Notes: generated by a model from the letters alone, not told the origin. A DNA stretch of 64,000 nt from Octopus bimaculoides (GCF_001194135.2 NC_068997.1:2661033-2725032), one strand, 5' to 3'. Numbered from the stretch's first letter, positions 24,841-38,122 are shown. Program-made: numbers and translations.

Positions 24841-25481
24841 TGGGAAAATAAAACGAGAACTCCCCCAAAGAAATAAGAATATTCGCCAAAAGAAACACCA
24901 TTCCATGGTTGTAGAGAAAGAAATCAGAAGACGGAGATATAAAAAAAAACAAAAAAAAACAAAACAAAAAAAGAATGCTAGCTAAATCGATATAGAGTAC
25001 CATGTTAGCATTGAGACAAAACTGCTCTGTAAATGGCAGGTTCCATATTTTCTGCTAGGCAGACACATGTAGCTTCTTATTGGAAGAACAATGGAGAAAT
25101 GTATAAGAGACTCAGGTGACTTTAGCTCTTGCTGAATTTAATTAGCCAATAGAAACGAAGAATGAGGAATACATCAAATACATTTTTCTGTAGCTAGGAT
25201 TAGAGGAATGTCTATAGATTATATCAATTTAAGATGTTTGTTGTTGTTGCTGTTGCTGTTGTTGTTGCTGTTGCTGTTGTTGTTGCTGTTGCTGTTGTTG
25301 TTGTGATGGTGATAGTAGTGGTGGTAGTGGTGGTCGCATATGCGATTTTACTTTCTGTCTTTCTCTCTCCACACACATTATATATATAGGCGTATATATA
25401 GATACATAAACACACACATATACACATACATATATATATATATATGTACATACATATATATACACGCATATNNNNNNNNNN

Positions 25482-25536
<55 letters not shown>

Positions 25537-26089
25537 ACACACACACGTACAAAGACACGTAGTCGTGTGGGTATTTTTGTCTATTGTTACTCTGCTTAGG
25601 CATTTTAGGAAAACGCACTCACATACACATACAAATGCACACGTGCACACACACACACACACACACATACACACACACACACATACACACACACACTAAT
25701 AACTACAACATATGTTTATGTGAATTCGCTCGTGTTGAAGGTTAAGGTGGAGGTGGTGTAGATGCATACAGAGAGGTGTTTGTTTTCTGCGTTCTCCAAA
25801 TGTTAAATACAATTCTTTGATTTTCGATGTCTAAAGTGGGTGAGTGGGTGTGCTCTGGGTGAGGAGGGAGGTGCAATTTCGAAACCATTAAATTAATTTT
25901 CGTGAATCATATTTCAGTGTTGCTAAATTATAATTATTATTGTTTTCATGCCACATACAAACACACTTGTACAGGCGTACGCTCGTGTGCATGATCACAC
26001 GAAGGTCTGTATGTATGCACGTATATATGTATGTATGCATTTATGTATGCGTGCATCTAGGTATGTATATATGCATGCATGCATGTATG

Positions 26090-26127
26090 CATGTCTGTAT
26101 GCATCTATCTATCTATCTATCTATCTA

Positions 26128-26158
<31 letters not shown>

Positions 26159-26228
26159 GCCTGTCTGCCTGTCTGTCTGTCNNNNNNNNNNTCTGTCTGT
26201 CTGTCTGTCTGTCTGTCTGCCTGTCTGC

Positions 26229-26280
<52 letters not shown>

Positions 26281-26422
26281 ATGTATGTATGTATGTATCT
26301 ATCTATCTATCTGACTATATATCTGTCTAATGTATGTATGTGTGTATGTATGAATGTATCTGTCTATCTATCTGTCTGTCTGTCTGTCTGTCTCTCTCCC
26401 TCTCCCTCTCTCTCTCTATCTG

Positions 26423-26490
<68 letters not shown>
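26090..26490 (+). repeat. Compound (CTAT)n/(CTGT)n/(ATGT)n tetranucleotide array
   Basis: Directly visible. Confidence 0.95.
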
Positions 26491-26494
<4 letters not shown>

Positions 26495-26710
26495 GTCTTC
26501 GCCATTGAGCTGCAGCCATGTTGGTCACGGCCATAAAGGATTTTAATGAAGTAAGTCGACTCCAGTAAATATTTTTAGGCCTGAAATGTTCTATTCGCAC
26601 CCCACCTTCTTTTCTTTTTACCGAATTGTTTGGTTACGGGGACGTAAACAAACCAGCACCAATTGACAACTAGTGGTGGTGGAGAGACACAAATACGTGG
26701 ATATACACAT
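26491..26710 (-). mobile_element. SINE family A, 3' part
   Basis: ctgcagccatgttgg..gttacggggacgtaaacaaaccagc.. Confidence 0.75.
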
Positions 26711-26779
26711 ACATACATGTGTGTGTGTGTGTGTGTGCGTGTGTGTGTGTCTGTGTCTATGTGTGTGTGTATATGTATA

Positions 26780-26896
26780 TGAGGGTGTGCTGAAAAGTTC
26801 CTGGCTTTGGATAAAATAAAATACAGGAGGATCATTTGATTATGATTTTATGCAACATATTCTCCTCTCAGATTCACGCGGTTATTGCAGCTGTCC
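26780..26896 (-). mobile_element. mariner-derived end/MITE half with TIR
   Basis: ta|tgagggtgtgctgaaaagttcctggc TIR; minus strand encodes ..CNNRVNLRGEY-like mariner C-terminus. Confidence 0.7.
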
Positions 26897-26958
26897 TACA
26901 TACATACATACATACATACATACATACAGACAGACAGACAGACAGACATACAGACATA

Positions 26959-27085
26959 CAGGGCTGGCCAGAAGTCACCCGATAGCAAATCAAAATTCCA
27001 TAGATACTATCTGTAATTCTGTCAGACTCGAATGGAAAAATGCGTCGCTCAAGAAGGACTGCAGTTTGAACGATTTTCATGTTTC
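26959..27085 (+). mobile_element. Tc1/mariner-derived MITE fragment
   Basis: ta|cagggctggccagaagtcaccc TIR-like start; RMEKCVAQEGLQFE resembles a transposase C-terminus. Confidence 0.55.
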
Positions 27086-27092
27086 ATATTTA

Positions 27093-27648
27093 TCAGGTCA
27101 TCCCATAAGTTCTGTCTAAATTTTGAATAAAGAAGACAAGTGATCAAATGTTATATTTAATTGAAATTTAATCATCAATGTACTTTCCCTGATTATCTAT
27201 GACTTCCTTCCATCTATTTACAAGCTTTTTAATCGCATCAATGTAAAACTCTTTTGGTTTCAAAGGGAAGAACTCTGAAATGTTAGTTTCAAACTTCTCC
27301 TAGCTTGCGAAAGTTATGTCCTCCAAATGATTCCGTAAACTACGAAACAAATGGTAGTCTGAAGGAGCAAGGTCCGGAGAATAATGTTGATGAGGAATTT
27401 TTTCCCAACCAAGCTCTTCGATCTTCTGTGATGTGTCCTGATGAAACATCACTCCTTTTCGATTCACTAAAGCGGGTCTTTTTTTCTTCAAAGCTTGGTT
27501 CAAACGCTCTAATTGCTGAAAGTAGACTTGAGCANNNNNNNNNNAAGCTTGGTTCAAACGCTCTAATTGCTGAAAGTAGACTTGAGCATTGATTGTTGCA
27601 TTAGGTGGTAACAATTCAAAGTGAATTACTCCTTTGCAATCTCACTAG
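27093..27648 (-). mobile_element. mariner (DD34D) 3' half, decayed
   Basis: LPPNATINAQVYFQQLERLNQALKKKRPALVNRKGVMFHQD..YSPDLAPSDYHLFRSL..KYIDD*; TIR ta|tcaggtcatcccataagttctgtc. Confidence 0.92.
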
Positions 27649-28758
27649 ATAGAGAGAGGAAACTTTTTTCCATGAAGTTCTCTTCTCGGTTATGGTTGAG
27701 CCTTTTCCCTTTTACTAAGCCACTGTTTACGCCGTTTAACATTTCGATAGAAGATCCAGTTTTAGTCACCAGTCACAAGTCTATCCAAAAAGGGTGAAAT
27801 GAGTTCGTGTATATGTACATGTTTGCACGCGCACGCAGGTGCGTGTTTCTGTGTGCGTTTCGACTCTGTTCGTGTTTCGACTCTGGTTAAGTATGTCATC
27901 CGGTTAGTAAACTTTGACTGGGTCCAAAACTTTGGTTTCATCGCTAATGTGTCCATGTAACATCAGTCCGCTACTACTTCCAGTTTACAGCTCTAGCCTG
28001 CCACTATTCTTTAAGTGCTATTGAGAGTAGCAGCATCAGGTTTTGATGCGAAAAAGCAAACCCTGGCATACTTTTCTTACTAATTTTTCTACATGTAGAA
28101 ATTTTTGCTCACATGTAGTTGCAGTTATGACTCCAATTTATAGAGGAATTAATTCTTGTAAAGCAAAATGCTGGGAAGTAAAATGCTTATTGCCTATATA
28201 AGTTTTAAAAAACAAAACTTCCTGGAAAACTCCACAGCTATGCTTTTGCGTGAATCTTTTCTGATTTCTTCAACATTGGGTCTTCTACATTTTGTGAATC
28301 CTCAAAAAAGAACAGTAACCGATTTTCTATAGTAACAACCTGATGATATGAATCTGATGCACCCAAACAAGACACACTTGTTTTACATGCCTGAATGACT
28401 TCTGAATAATAACTCAACTCCAACTGCACCCAATAAAATCTTCTATAATATCTTTCCATCAGCTCTCATCTGACAAACAATCTTCCTCCCATTCTCCACT
28501 ATAACACTAAATGCATATCTACATCTTAGACGTGCGTACACCAAGCCTAGTTATTATTCTTCATAAATCTACCTTCCCAAGAAAAATAACTTACAAAAGA
28601 GTGTATAAATCCAAGACGAGCCCAAATACAGGTCAAAACTTCAAAGCTACTGTCTCTCCTCTTCTTGTACTCACATTAATTTATTGAGTAATTCTTCAGT
28701 TTAATGCCAAATTGTTTTATAACTCGACATAAAACAAACATTAATATAACTATATATC

Positions 28759-28957
28759 AAGGCGGAGAGCTGGAAGAAACGTTAGCAGGCCGGATGAAAT
28801 GCTTGGCAGTATTTCGTCTGTCTTTAGGTTCTGAGTTCAAATACCACCGAGGTCGACTTTGCCTTTCATCCCTTCGGAATTAAGTACCAGTTGCGCATTG
28901 GGGTCGATCTAATCGACTGGTCCCCTCCCCCAAAATTTCGGGCCTAGAAAAGAATAT
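28759..28957 (+). mobile_element. SINE family B, full length, type-2 tail
   Basis: aaggcggagagctgg..ctgagttcaaatacc..gtcgactttgcctttcatcc..cccctcccccaaaatttcgggcc. Confidence 0.9.
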
Positions 28958-29549
28958 AAGTACATATGTATCCTATGTATGTATATACTAATTTATAAAT
29001 ATACATAAGTATTATTTATAACTATAAATGTATATATGTATATCTGTATATATGTATTTATAAATGTATATATCAACACATGTGTAAATATATTCATAAA
29101 CGTGTCTGTTATATAAAAATGTTCTATAACAATAAATTAAGCACACACACTGTCACTCTCTTTCTTCCTCCTCTCTCTCCCTCCTATCTCTCTCCTCCTC
29201 TCTCCCTCCTCCCCTCTCTCTCCCTCCTATCTCTCTCCTTCTCTCTCCCCCCTCTCTCTCTCTCATAGGCATCAGTTCTTGTAGAAATATTATTCCACCA
29301 TGATGTGAGATGGAACAGACAATGACATAAAACCAAGGTTTCTGTGATAAATTCCCATTAACCGTTGTTGGTTTGGTTTCCTTTTTTTTTATTGCTGTAA
29401 ATGAATAAAGTTCGAAGGCGTGAAATAAAAGTTAGGTGTCTGAAATAGATTAATTTGGTGGTTATGAGGTGGTTGTATTTCTGCTGAATAATAGCAAAAC
29501 TTCCGTTGTCATTCTGCGTATTTGCAGGTGAAATTTACAATGTCTTTTA

Positions 29550-29745
29550 CCTTTTATTTGTCTTAGTCATTTGATTGTAGCCATGCTGGAACACCGACAT
29601 GAAAGGTTAAGTTGAACAAGTGACCCCCAGTAAAGCCTGGTACTTATTCTCTCGGTCTCTTTTGGTCGAGCCACTAAGGTTACGGGGATGTAAACAAACT
29701 AACAACGGTTGTCGACCAGTGGTGCGGGACAAACAAAAACACAAA
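29550..29745 (-). mobile_element. SINE family A, 3' part
   Basis: cttttatttgtcttagtcatttgattgtagccatgctggaacacc..gttacggggatgtaaac. Confidence 0.8.
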
Positions 29746-29778
29746 AACTCTCACATGCACACATAAATAATACATACC

Positions 29779-29895
<117 letters not shown>

Positions 29896-30529
29896 NNNNN
29901 NNNNNNNNNNNNNNNNNNNNNNNNNNNNNNNNNNNNNNNNNNNNNNNNNNNNNNNNNNNNNNNNNNNNNNNNNNNNNNNNNNNNNNNNNNNNNNNNNNNN
30001 NNNNNNNNNNNNNNNNNNNNNNNNNNNNNNNNNNNNNNNNNNNNNNNNNNNNNNNNNNNNNNNNNNNNNNNNNNNNNNNNNNNNNNNNNNNNNNNNNNNN
30101 NNNNNNNNNNNNNNNNNNNNNNNNNNNNNNNNNNNNNNNNNNNNNNNNNNNNNNNNNNNNNNNNNNNNNNNNNNNNNNNNNNNNNNNNNNNNNNNNNNNN
30201 NNNNNNNNNNNNNNNNNNNNNNNNNNNNNNNNNNNNNNNNNNNNNNNNNNNNNNNNNNNNNNNNNNNNNNNNNNNNNNNNNNNNNNNNNNNNNNNNNNNN
30301 NNNNNNNNNNNNNNNNNNNNNNNNNNNNNNNNNNNNNNNNNNNNNNNNNNNNNNNNNNNNNNNNNNNNNNNAAGAATATATATATATATATATATATATA
30401 TACAGTTTTTAGGTAGAATTCTTTGCTATTTCTAGCAAAACGAATGGCCTCGTAAACCGTCTATTGTTGGTTTGTTGCTTTTGTTGTTTTTATTATTCCC
30501 ATAATAGCTGTAAAAGAATAGAATTACGA

Positions 30530-30715
30530 TGAAATATTTTTCACATGCAACTGTCTAGTCTTTAACTCAAACACAAGTGTACCTAGGTCTATATGATCAA
30601 ATGCTGCCTTCTTTGTTAGTAACCAATAAGGTATATATTCTGAGAGAGGTTTGTCGGTTATTTCTTTTAATTTTGCTGGTGCCTTTACTAGGTCATAGCG
30701 AGCATCATGAAAACA
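30530..30715 (-). mobile_element. Possible CR1-group LINE RT fragment
   Basis: LLTKKAAFDHIDLGTLVFEL resembles the DLSKAFD.IDH..L..KL motif. Confidence 0.35.
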
Positions 30716-30999
30716 CCGAAGGGGAAAGAGAGAAAGAGGGGAAGAAAGAGAGAGGAGGGGAGAGAAAGAGAGGGCAAGGAAAGTGAGAGAGGGAGAGAGG
30801 GACAGAGAGAGAGACATATATTCACATTGACTGAGGTCCCAGGTGTCAATTCGGTTGTTCATTTAAGAGATTACACTGTCTGCACGGCAGAACCGAATGC
30901 ATAGAATCTTGTTATCACCAGGCTTCTTCTTTATATATCAGAACCATTATAAGAAAACCTCATAGAAATTTCGATGATCTACTTCATTCTTAACTTGTT

Positions 31000-31303
31000 C
31001 CGGCAGTTTCGAGGGTGAATATGTTAACGATGAATGTCGTCTTCGGAGAACACCAGTAAAATAACTTCCTGTTAAAAGCGTCCATAACTGGAAACACCTG
31101 CGTCTCTACACTCTTGGACACCGAAGAGAAGGATATACTATATATGGAAAACCGTGGAGTAGCTTGTTCGAAACTTCGGTAATGGAGAGAATATTAATGA
31201 CCGAACTGGTATATACTGTCAGTTTCCAAATATACCACCTTCGAAATTACGAGCAAAAGAATTCTGTTGTACCAGTCTGATATTTAGAGGTCCTCAACTA
31301 TTC
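31000..31303 (+). mobile_element. CR1/Jockey-group LINE 3' ORF2 fragment running into a gap
   Basis: LYTLGHRREGYTIY (cf. LYSLERRRERY.IIY) and CTSLIFRGPQLF (cf. SL.FRGPQLFN). Confidence 0.65.
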
Positions 31304-31656
31304 NNNNNNNNNNNNNNNNNNNNNNNNNNNNNNNNNNNNNNNNNNNNNNNNNNNNNNNNNNNNNNNNNNNNNNNNNNNNNNNNNNNNNNNNNNNNNNNNN
31401 NNNNNNNNNNNNNNNNNNNNNNNNNNNNNNNNNNNNNNNNNNNNNNNNNNNNNNNNNNNNNNNNNNNNNNNNNNNNNNNNNNNNNNNNNNNNNNNNNNNN
31501 NNNNNNNNNNNNNNNNNNNNNNNNNNNNNNNNNNNNNNNNNNNNNNNNNNNNNNNNNNNNNNNNNNNNNNNNNNNNNNNNNNNNNNNNNNNNNNNNNNNN
31601 NNNNNNNNNNNNNNNNNNNNNNNNNNNNNNNNNNNNNNNNNNNNNNNNNNNNNNNN

Positions 31657-31719
<63 letters not shown>

Positions 31720-34304
31720 ATAATGATGCAAATAAACAAGTGAAAACGCTTGGACTTGATATACAAAATATTTATACATATAAATAGAGAGAAAGCAAAG
31801 ACTGAAAATATTGAGACGATGCATATTCATGCATATAATCTATAGATATTTATATATTAACAGAGCAAACTTGCGCAGAGTACAAAGACACAGACAATTA
31901 AGGGGAGAAGTTACGGTGCTATAAAGTCGTATGGTTTCTGTTGTAATAGCTTCATGGAGACATCCATTGGTGGAATTGGGATGCTCCTTGTAGATGTGCC
32001 CAAGAATTGTTTATCCATTAGTGCGATCTATAGGCAGCGCTCAACCGAGTAAAATGTATACAGTTAATAGAAGAAATCCAGAAATGCTCAATGTAGGAAA
32101 CACTTAATAACACTCAAATGATTTGAACTTGTACTCTGAAATCTTTACCAAGGACTAAGTCTGCGAGGTAAAGAGTGGCTATAAGAGGTAACCAGGTGAG
32201 CAGATGTGGAGATAATGATGTAAATTAGCAAATAAAACCGCTTGGGCTAGGTATACGAATTATACATGTAAATATAGAGAAGACTCAAAATTTTTAGACG
32301 ATGTATATTCGTGTATAAATGTATAGATTTTATATTTAACAAAACATACATACATGCATACATACATACATACATACATGTCTATATTCACGCACATATA
32401 TTCATTTGTATTGTAATTACATAGTATGTTGTTTAGTGTTGGTTTGATAATATTTTTTTATTTTTCTTATTGTAGAACATTTGTATGTTTCTGCTCAGTT
32501 TGACCATTCGGCCTTTGGTGAATAGCTGTAACTGGAATCAATTTGTATTTGACAGATAAATAGAGGATTACAAGAGTCGAAATATCTACTGGATGATTAT
32601 ATAATCTGACAAGTATTTTAATCTCTTGGTCAGTTTATAATCACAGGCTTAATTCTCGTGATTATCAACAGAAGAAAACAGGTTTGAGAAACCACGTTGG
32701 AATCAATAGTGTCTGGAAGAGGATTAAAGGATGTGTTAAGAGTTACAAACATGGTTTACGCGTCTTGTTGAAAATAGACACTTTAATTAGTGATGTGAAA
32801 AATAAAGAAAATGGAGTCTAGTGCGTAACAGACAGAGAAACTTGATTTACCAGTAGGTATATTTTAAAGAATTTGGCGGAACTCCCATGAGAGTAAATTT
32901 GTCAAATTTTCAAATAGTCTTCCAAATACGAAATATTAACAAGCATCAGAAATATTATTTCAATGGAATATTAGCCTTTTTCCGGCGATAAAAGGAGTAA
33001 ATTTTGAATAAAGAGCAGAAGTGAGAATTAGTGATGTTTATGGCTTTATCCAGGGACATTATCAATTTTAATGAAGTGGAAAGAAAATTGAAATTGGTAA
33101 AATGGAGGGATTACTTTTTCCTCTGGTTATAAAACCACACTCTCTTTATCTGTGAAATATAATCTTCAAGTAAAGACATTGACTCCTTGATCCTGTTCCT
33201 ATCTGTGAAACACAAATTGATTGTAATCATAACTCTACCACAAAGACCATATGGTCAAGCTGTCCAGAGTGGACAATGGAGTGAAATAGAAATTAATTAC
33301 CAAGTGGCTCATGGTAGTTTTCAATCGATACAAGGGATGTTTCTGTGATTTAAAAGTTCCTTTTCAAACTACATACTATCGGGTTCGGTCTCGTTACGCG
33401 CTACATTGTACTTCTACCAAGAAATAAAGAAAAACAAAGTGACCATACTGGGATTTGAACTCAGAACGTAAAAGGACAAATCAATTAATCCAATGTTTTA
33501 CCATTCCTGCCTCTCCAATTTTTTTTTCTCAGAAATAATATCTACTAGGCATAAGAGATGATGAAGTAGAGGAAGGAGTATACTCAATGAGATCCCCCAA
33601 CCATAATACAAAATGATATCGCACGTCCAAATGTGTGGTGGTGTTTGTGGTATTGAAAGTGTCAGACTACAGCTTTACGTGTTACTATGGAAACAGACAC
33701 CAATGTGAGAGTTTCGGTCGTATGTATTATGGTGGCTTTTGATTGGCTGAAAAATCCAAACTTTGGAAATTCTAAAAGCTATAAGCTTTTTATATGTTCC
33801 ATTAATTTATAGCAAAATTTTATCTTTATAATTAACATACGAAACTAAATCGCTATACCAGGATTAAAAGCAACAGGAAAGGAATTGAACAAATACGAAA
33901 TCTGTGGAGCAACCGAACGATCATCTTTTGCTCAAATTTCATCTTGTGATTGTGTTATGAAGTGCTTCTGTATCCAGTACAATGGGTTTGACAGGTTTGT
34001 GACTATTGTGCTTTTGTGCGTATTTTGAAAATAATCTCTGGCTGTAATAGCAGATGGTCGGTGCAACGGTTTGCGAAAATCAAAACTCTGTGGATATCCA
34101 TTTTGTCCTGCTGTTGTGATTTACCAAAATCAGTCAGTCACCATTGATTGGACTGAGAATGTATTGATATTCTCTTCCCTTCGATTTATTGTTTTAACAT
34201 GGCATTTGTAACTACTAGTTCTATCCCTCTACATGGAGCATTAGAAGCTCTCCGTTGTAATCGAAGCCACCAACATCATGCAAGACCATGAGCATTTTTA
34301 CTTA

Positions 34305-34705
34305 TTTCAACATTAGACTGCGGTCATGCTGGGGCACCGCTTTGAAAATTTTTTAGTTCCTATTTTTTTTTAAACGTAATATTTATTGTATTGACATCTT
34401 TTGCTGAACCGATTAGTTACATAAACACACCAGCACCTATTCTCAAGAGGTGATGCTGTGCTTGACAACCAGTGTTGGGGGACAAACATATACACAAAGA
34501 TACACACAGACGTATACACACATATACACACACACACACACATACACACACGCACACACCCACACACACACACACATACACACGCATACGACGAGCTTTT
34601 TTTAGTTTCCGACTACCAAATTCACTCACAAAGCTTTGCTCGGCTCAAGACTATAATAGAAAGACACTTGTCCAAGGTGCCACGAAGAAGGACTGAACCC
34701 ACAAC
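34305..34705 (-). mobile_element. SINE family A with internal (CA)n expansion
   Basis: agactgcggtcatgctggggcacc .. (CA)n .. gtttccgactaccaaattcactcacaaagc..gacacttgtccaaggtgccac. Confidence 0.85.
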
Positions 34706-35399
34706 AAAGTACAAAGTTTACTTTAACAACGGTAAGTGGTGTAGTTTCTGCTTCTTTGAAGTATTGTAGTTTCTGCTTCATCCAGGTGCCTAACAAAATT
34801 CCATAAACGGTGATATCTACCCCTGCCCTCATGAGCGAAGATATAGATTAGCAAATTGGTTAGCTGCATCGTAAATGTAACCGCAAGCTCTTCTCCTCAA
34901 TCATTTTATACAACGCCTTCTGATATGTGCTGAAACCACTGGCTTGCTTTTTCAAGAGCGTATTTTCCACATGATTCCGAATCTACAGTTTTTGCTACGT
35001 TATCATGGTGTCGCTCCTATTATTATAGTCTCATAATATAGTGAACCCTTGATGTGATGGTCATACAGAAATATTTAGGTACGACTAAATTTCCCTTTAG
35101 AACTAATTCAATAACCACTAGCCCTCATCAATGTGAGGCTTAATGTCATAACTCTAACGAGACATGTATGGACATTGAAGGAAAATGTTGCGTATTGCGA
35201 CATCAACTGCAGGATACTGGAAAAATAAAAGGCTTACTTTAACAACAACAGGCGGAGTAGTTTCTGCTTCGCTGGACCTCCCGTCATCCAGGCACCTACC
35301 AAAATTTTATAAGCGAGGAGTTTTGCCTCTGCCCTCATGAGCGCAGATATGGGTTAGTGAACTGGTCTGCTACATCATAAATGCAAAAGTTGGCTCCTA

Positions 35400-35790
35400 C
35401 CCCTCAGTATTCCACCACATTATGAAGAAATAATAGGCCTATCTCCATCCAACAGCCAAATATGGCATATAGAAGCTTGTACTCATACATGCATGTACAT
35501 CACCAGACGATTTTAAAACTGAGTAGATAATTTTGGTCCTAGTTTAAGGGACACTGATGAACTTCAATTTGTTTTGCTTGGGTTTCATCTGAATGATTTT
35601 GTTTGTCCATTAATTCACTTCTCATTTCTTCCCAACAGCCTTAGGAACCGTAAACCTGATGTGGCACGTTGAGTTATCCAATGAAAAAGAGCCTACGCTG
35701 AACATTTCCTTTCAAATATTTCTGAAGATTGTTGGAGTTGGTTCTGCACGTTTGGTATGAAACCAGATTGGTAGTTTGTCTGTCATAAGA
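35400..35790 (-). mobile_element. Possible L2/Rex-Babar-like LINE ORF2 fragment
   Basis: KYLKGNVQRRLFFIG*L resembles KKGQQRLYFLRKL; heavily decayed. Confidence 0.4.
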
Positions 35791-37024
35791 CAATAATATA
35801 GTACGATTGTAATACTAACAGTAATGATAATAATAGATGTATGCATATGCATAAACATACACATGCACATGCCTATATATATGTACGTATGTTTGTATGT
35901 ATGTATGTATGTACATATGTATGTGTGTGTGTTTTTGTGTTTGTGCGTGTGTGTGTATGTGTGTGTGTGTAGCTAGAGGTGGAACGAGAAAGAGAAAGAA
36001 ATGTATGGTTGTATTAGAGATCGAGTGTTTATGCCTACTCCCACATCTAAGACTTATAAAAATTCGAATTAAATAGACCAAGATTGTAATTCTNNNNNNN
36101 NNNNNNNNNNNNNNNNNNNNNNNNNNNNNNNNNNNNNNNNNNNNNNNNNNNNNNNNNNNNNNNNNNNNNNNNNNNNNNNNNNNNNNNNNNNNNNNNNNNN
36201 NNNNNNNNNNNNNNNNNNNNNNNNNNNNNNNNNNNNNNNNNNNNNNNNNNNNNNNNNNNNNNNNNNNNNNNNNNNNNNNNNNNNNNNNNNNNNNNNNNNN
36301 NNNNNNNNNNNNNNNNNNNNNNNNNNNNNNNNNNNNNNNNNNNNNNNNNNNNNNNNNNNNNNNNNNNNNNNNNNNNNNNNNNNNNNNNNNNNNNNNNNNN
36401 NNNNNNNNNNNNNNNNNNNNNNNNNNNNNNNNNNNNNNNNNNNNNNNNNNNNNNNNNNNNNNNNNNNNNNNNNNNNNNNNNNNNNNNNNNNNNNNNNNNN
36501 NNNNNNNNNNNNNNNNNNNNNNNNNNNNNNNNNNNNNNNNNNNNNNNNNNNNNNNNNNNNNNNNNNNNNNNNNNNNNNNNNNNNNNNNNNNNNNNNNNNN
36601 NNNNNNNNNNNNNNNNNNNNNNNNNNNNNNNNNNNNNNNNNNNNNNNNNNNNNNNNNNNNNNNNNNNNNNNNNNNNNNNNNNNNNNNNNNNNNNNNNNNN
36701 NNNNNNNNNNNNNNNNNNNNNNNNNNNNNNNNNNNNNNNNNNNNNNNNNNNNNNNNNNNNNNNNNNNNNNNNNNNNNNNNNNNNNNNNNNNNNNNNNNNN
36801 NNNNNNNNNNNNNNNNNNNNNNNNNNNNNNNNNNNNNNNNNNNNNNNNNNNNNNNNNNNNNNNNNNNNNNNNNNNNNNNNNNNNNNNNNNNNNNNNNNNN
36901 NNNNNNNNNNNNNNNNNNNNNNNNNNNNNNNNNNNNNNNNNNNNNNNNNNNNNNNNNNNNNNNNNNNNNNNNNNNNNNACGCATGCAAGACTCCAGGTGC
37001 TCCAACAAAACCTGTGATAGAGAA

Positions 37025-37095
<71 letters not shown>

Positions 37096-37098
37096 TAA

Positions 37099-37164
37099 AT
37101 GACCTGATGCAGTAACCATGCCCTGATGCAGTAAAAGGCAGTGGCTCTCATGGCTTCTCATGGC
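37099..37164 (+). mobile_element. Family X 5'-only fragment with short internal duplications, after (AAT)n
   Basis: atgacctgatgcagtaacc-atgccctgatgcagtaaaaggcagtggctctcatggc-ttctcatggc. Confidence 0.8.
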
Positions 37165-37996
37165 AAACTTATATAAAACAGAAAAAACAAGAAAAGCCAA
37201 TTAGACGTAGACAGTGATTGTATTAGATTGACGCTCAATGAAAGTTTTAGATGGAAAAAAAAAAAGAGACAAAATGACGTTTCGCTCGTGGCTGTTTCGG
37301 AAACAGGTAAAAGTCCAGAGATATATTTTGAAACCCTGGGGTCGATATAATTGACTATTCCCCTCCCCACTAATTTCAGGCCCTGTGCCTTTATTAGAAA
37401 GGATTATTAGCATTGTGCTACCACAGCAATCACAAGAGATTTATAAGGGGTTAGAGGGCGTGAGGTGGGGGTGAAGTGGGGGTGGCCTCACCCAATTTTA
37501 TACAGTAGTTACCATTTTTGGAATCAAGTTGAATGAAAATTCTCTTCAGTTGTCGGAGACTATTTAACGTTATTCTGGCTCGGTTCTTAATTTCGTTGCA
37601 GAACGAATAAATCGAACTGGCTGACCGAAACAAGCCAATGGCGTTGCAGAGTTTATTTCCCAAAGGGCGACAATCTGTTACGATGATAGAGAACATCGCC
37701 AACAACAACAAGAACAACGCTATCGATTATGACTATGATAATAGTGATGATGGAGATGATTGTGATTATTGTGATGATGGTGATGATATCGATGATAAAA
37801 GAGATTCTGAAAGAAATAGGATGAATGAGCAGTAGAGTTCATTGAAGTGGTTAATTAATCTGGGACCAATTCTAATTTTGCTTTCCTTTAATTTGTTTCT
37901 TCTTTGCGAGGAAGGAAGGAAACTCGGAAATCTTTCTGATATTTTCCAAATACTGAAAACTTCAATTTGGAATTGGATGTTAGAATGGACAAATTA

Positions 37997-38044
<48 letters not shown>

Positions 38045-38122
38045 NNNNNNNNNNNNNNNNNNNNNNNNNNNNNNNNNNNNNNNNNNNNNNNNNNNNNNNN
38101 NNNNNNNNNNNNNNNNNNNNNN

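Noticed and set aside
27491-27588. Exact 44-nt direct repeat around a 10-N gap in the mariner
   Set aside because: Identical sequence on both sides of a minimal gap is an unmerged contig overlap, not a biological duplication.
37451-37717. ORF with a signal-peptide-like start (MFLLLLAMFSIIV..)
   Set aside because: The hydrophobic start comes from a (TTG)n microsatellite; the opposite strand has a faint integrase-like QANGVAE motif, too weak to call.
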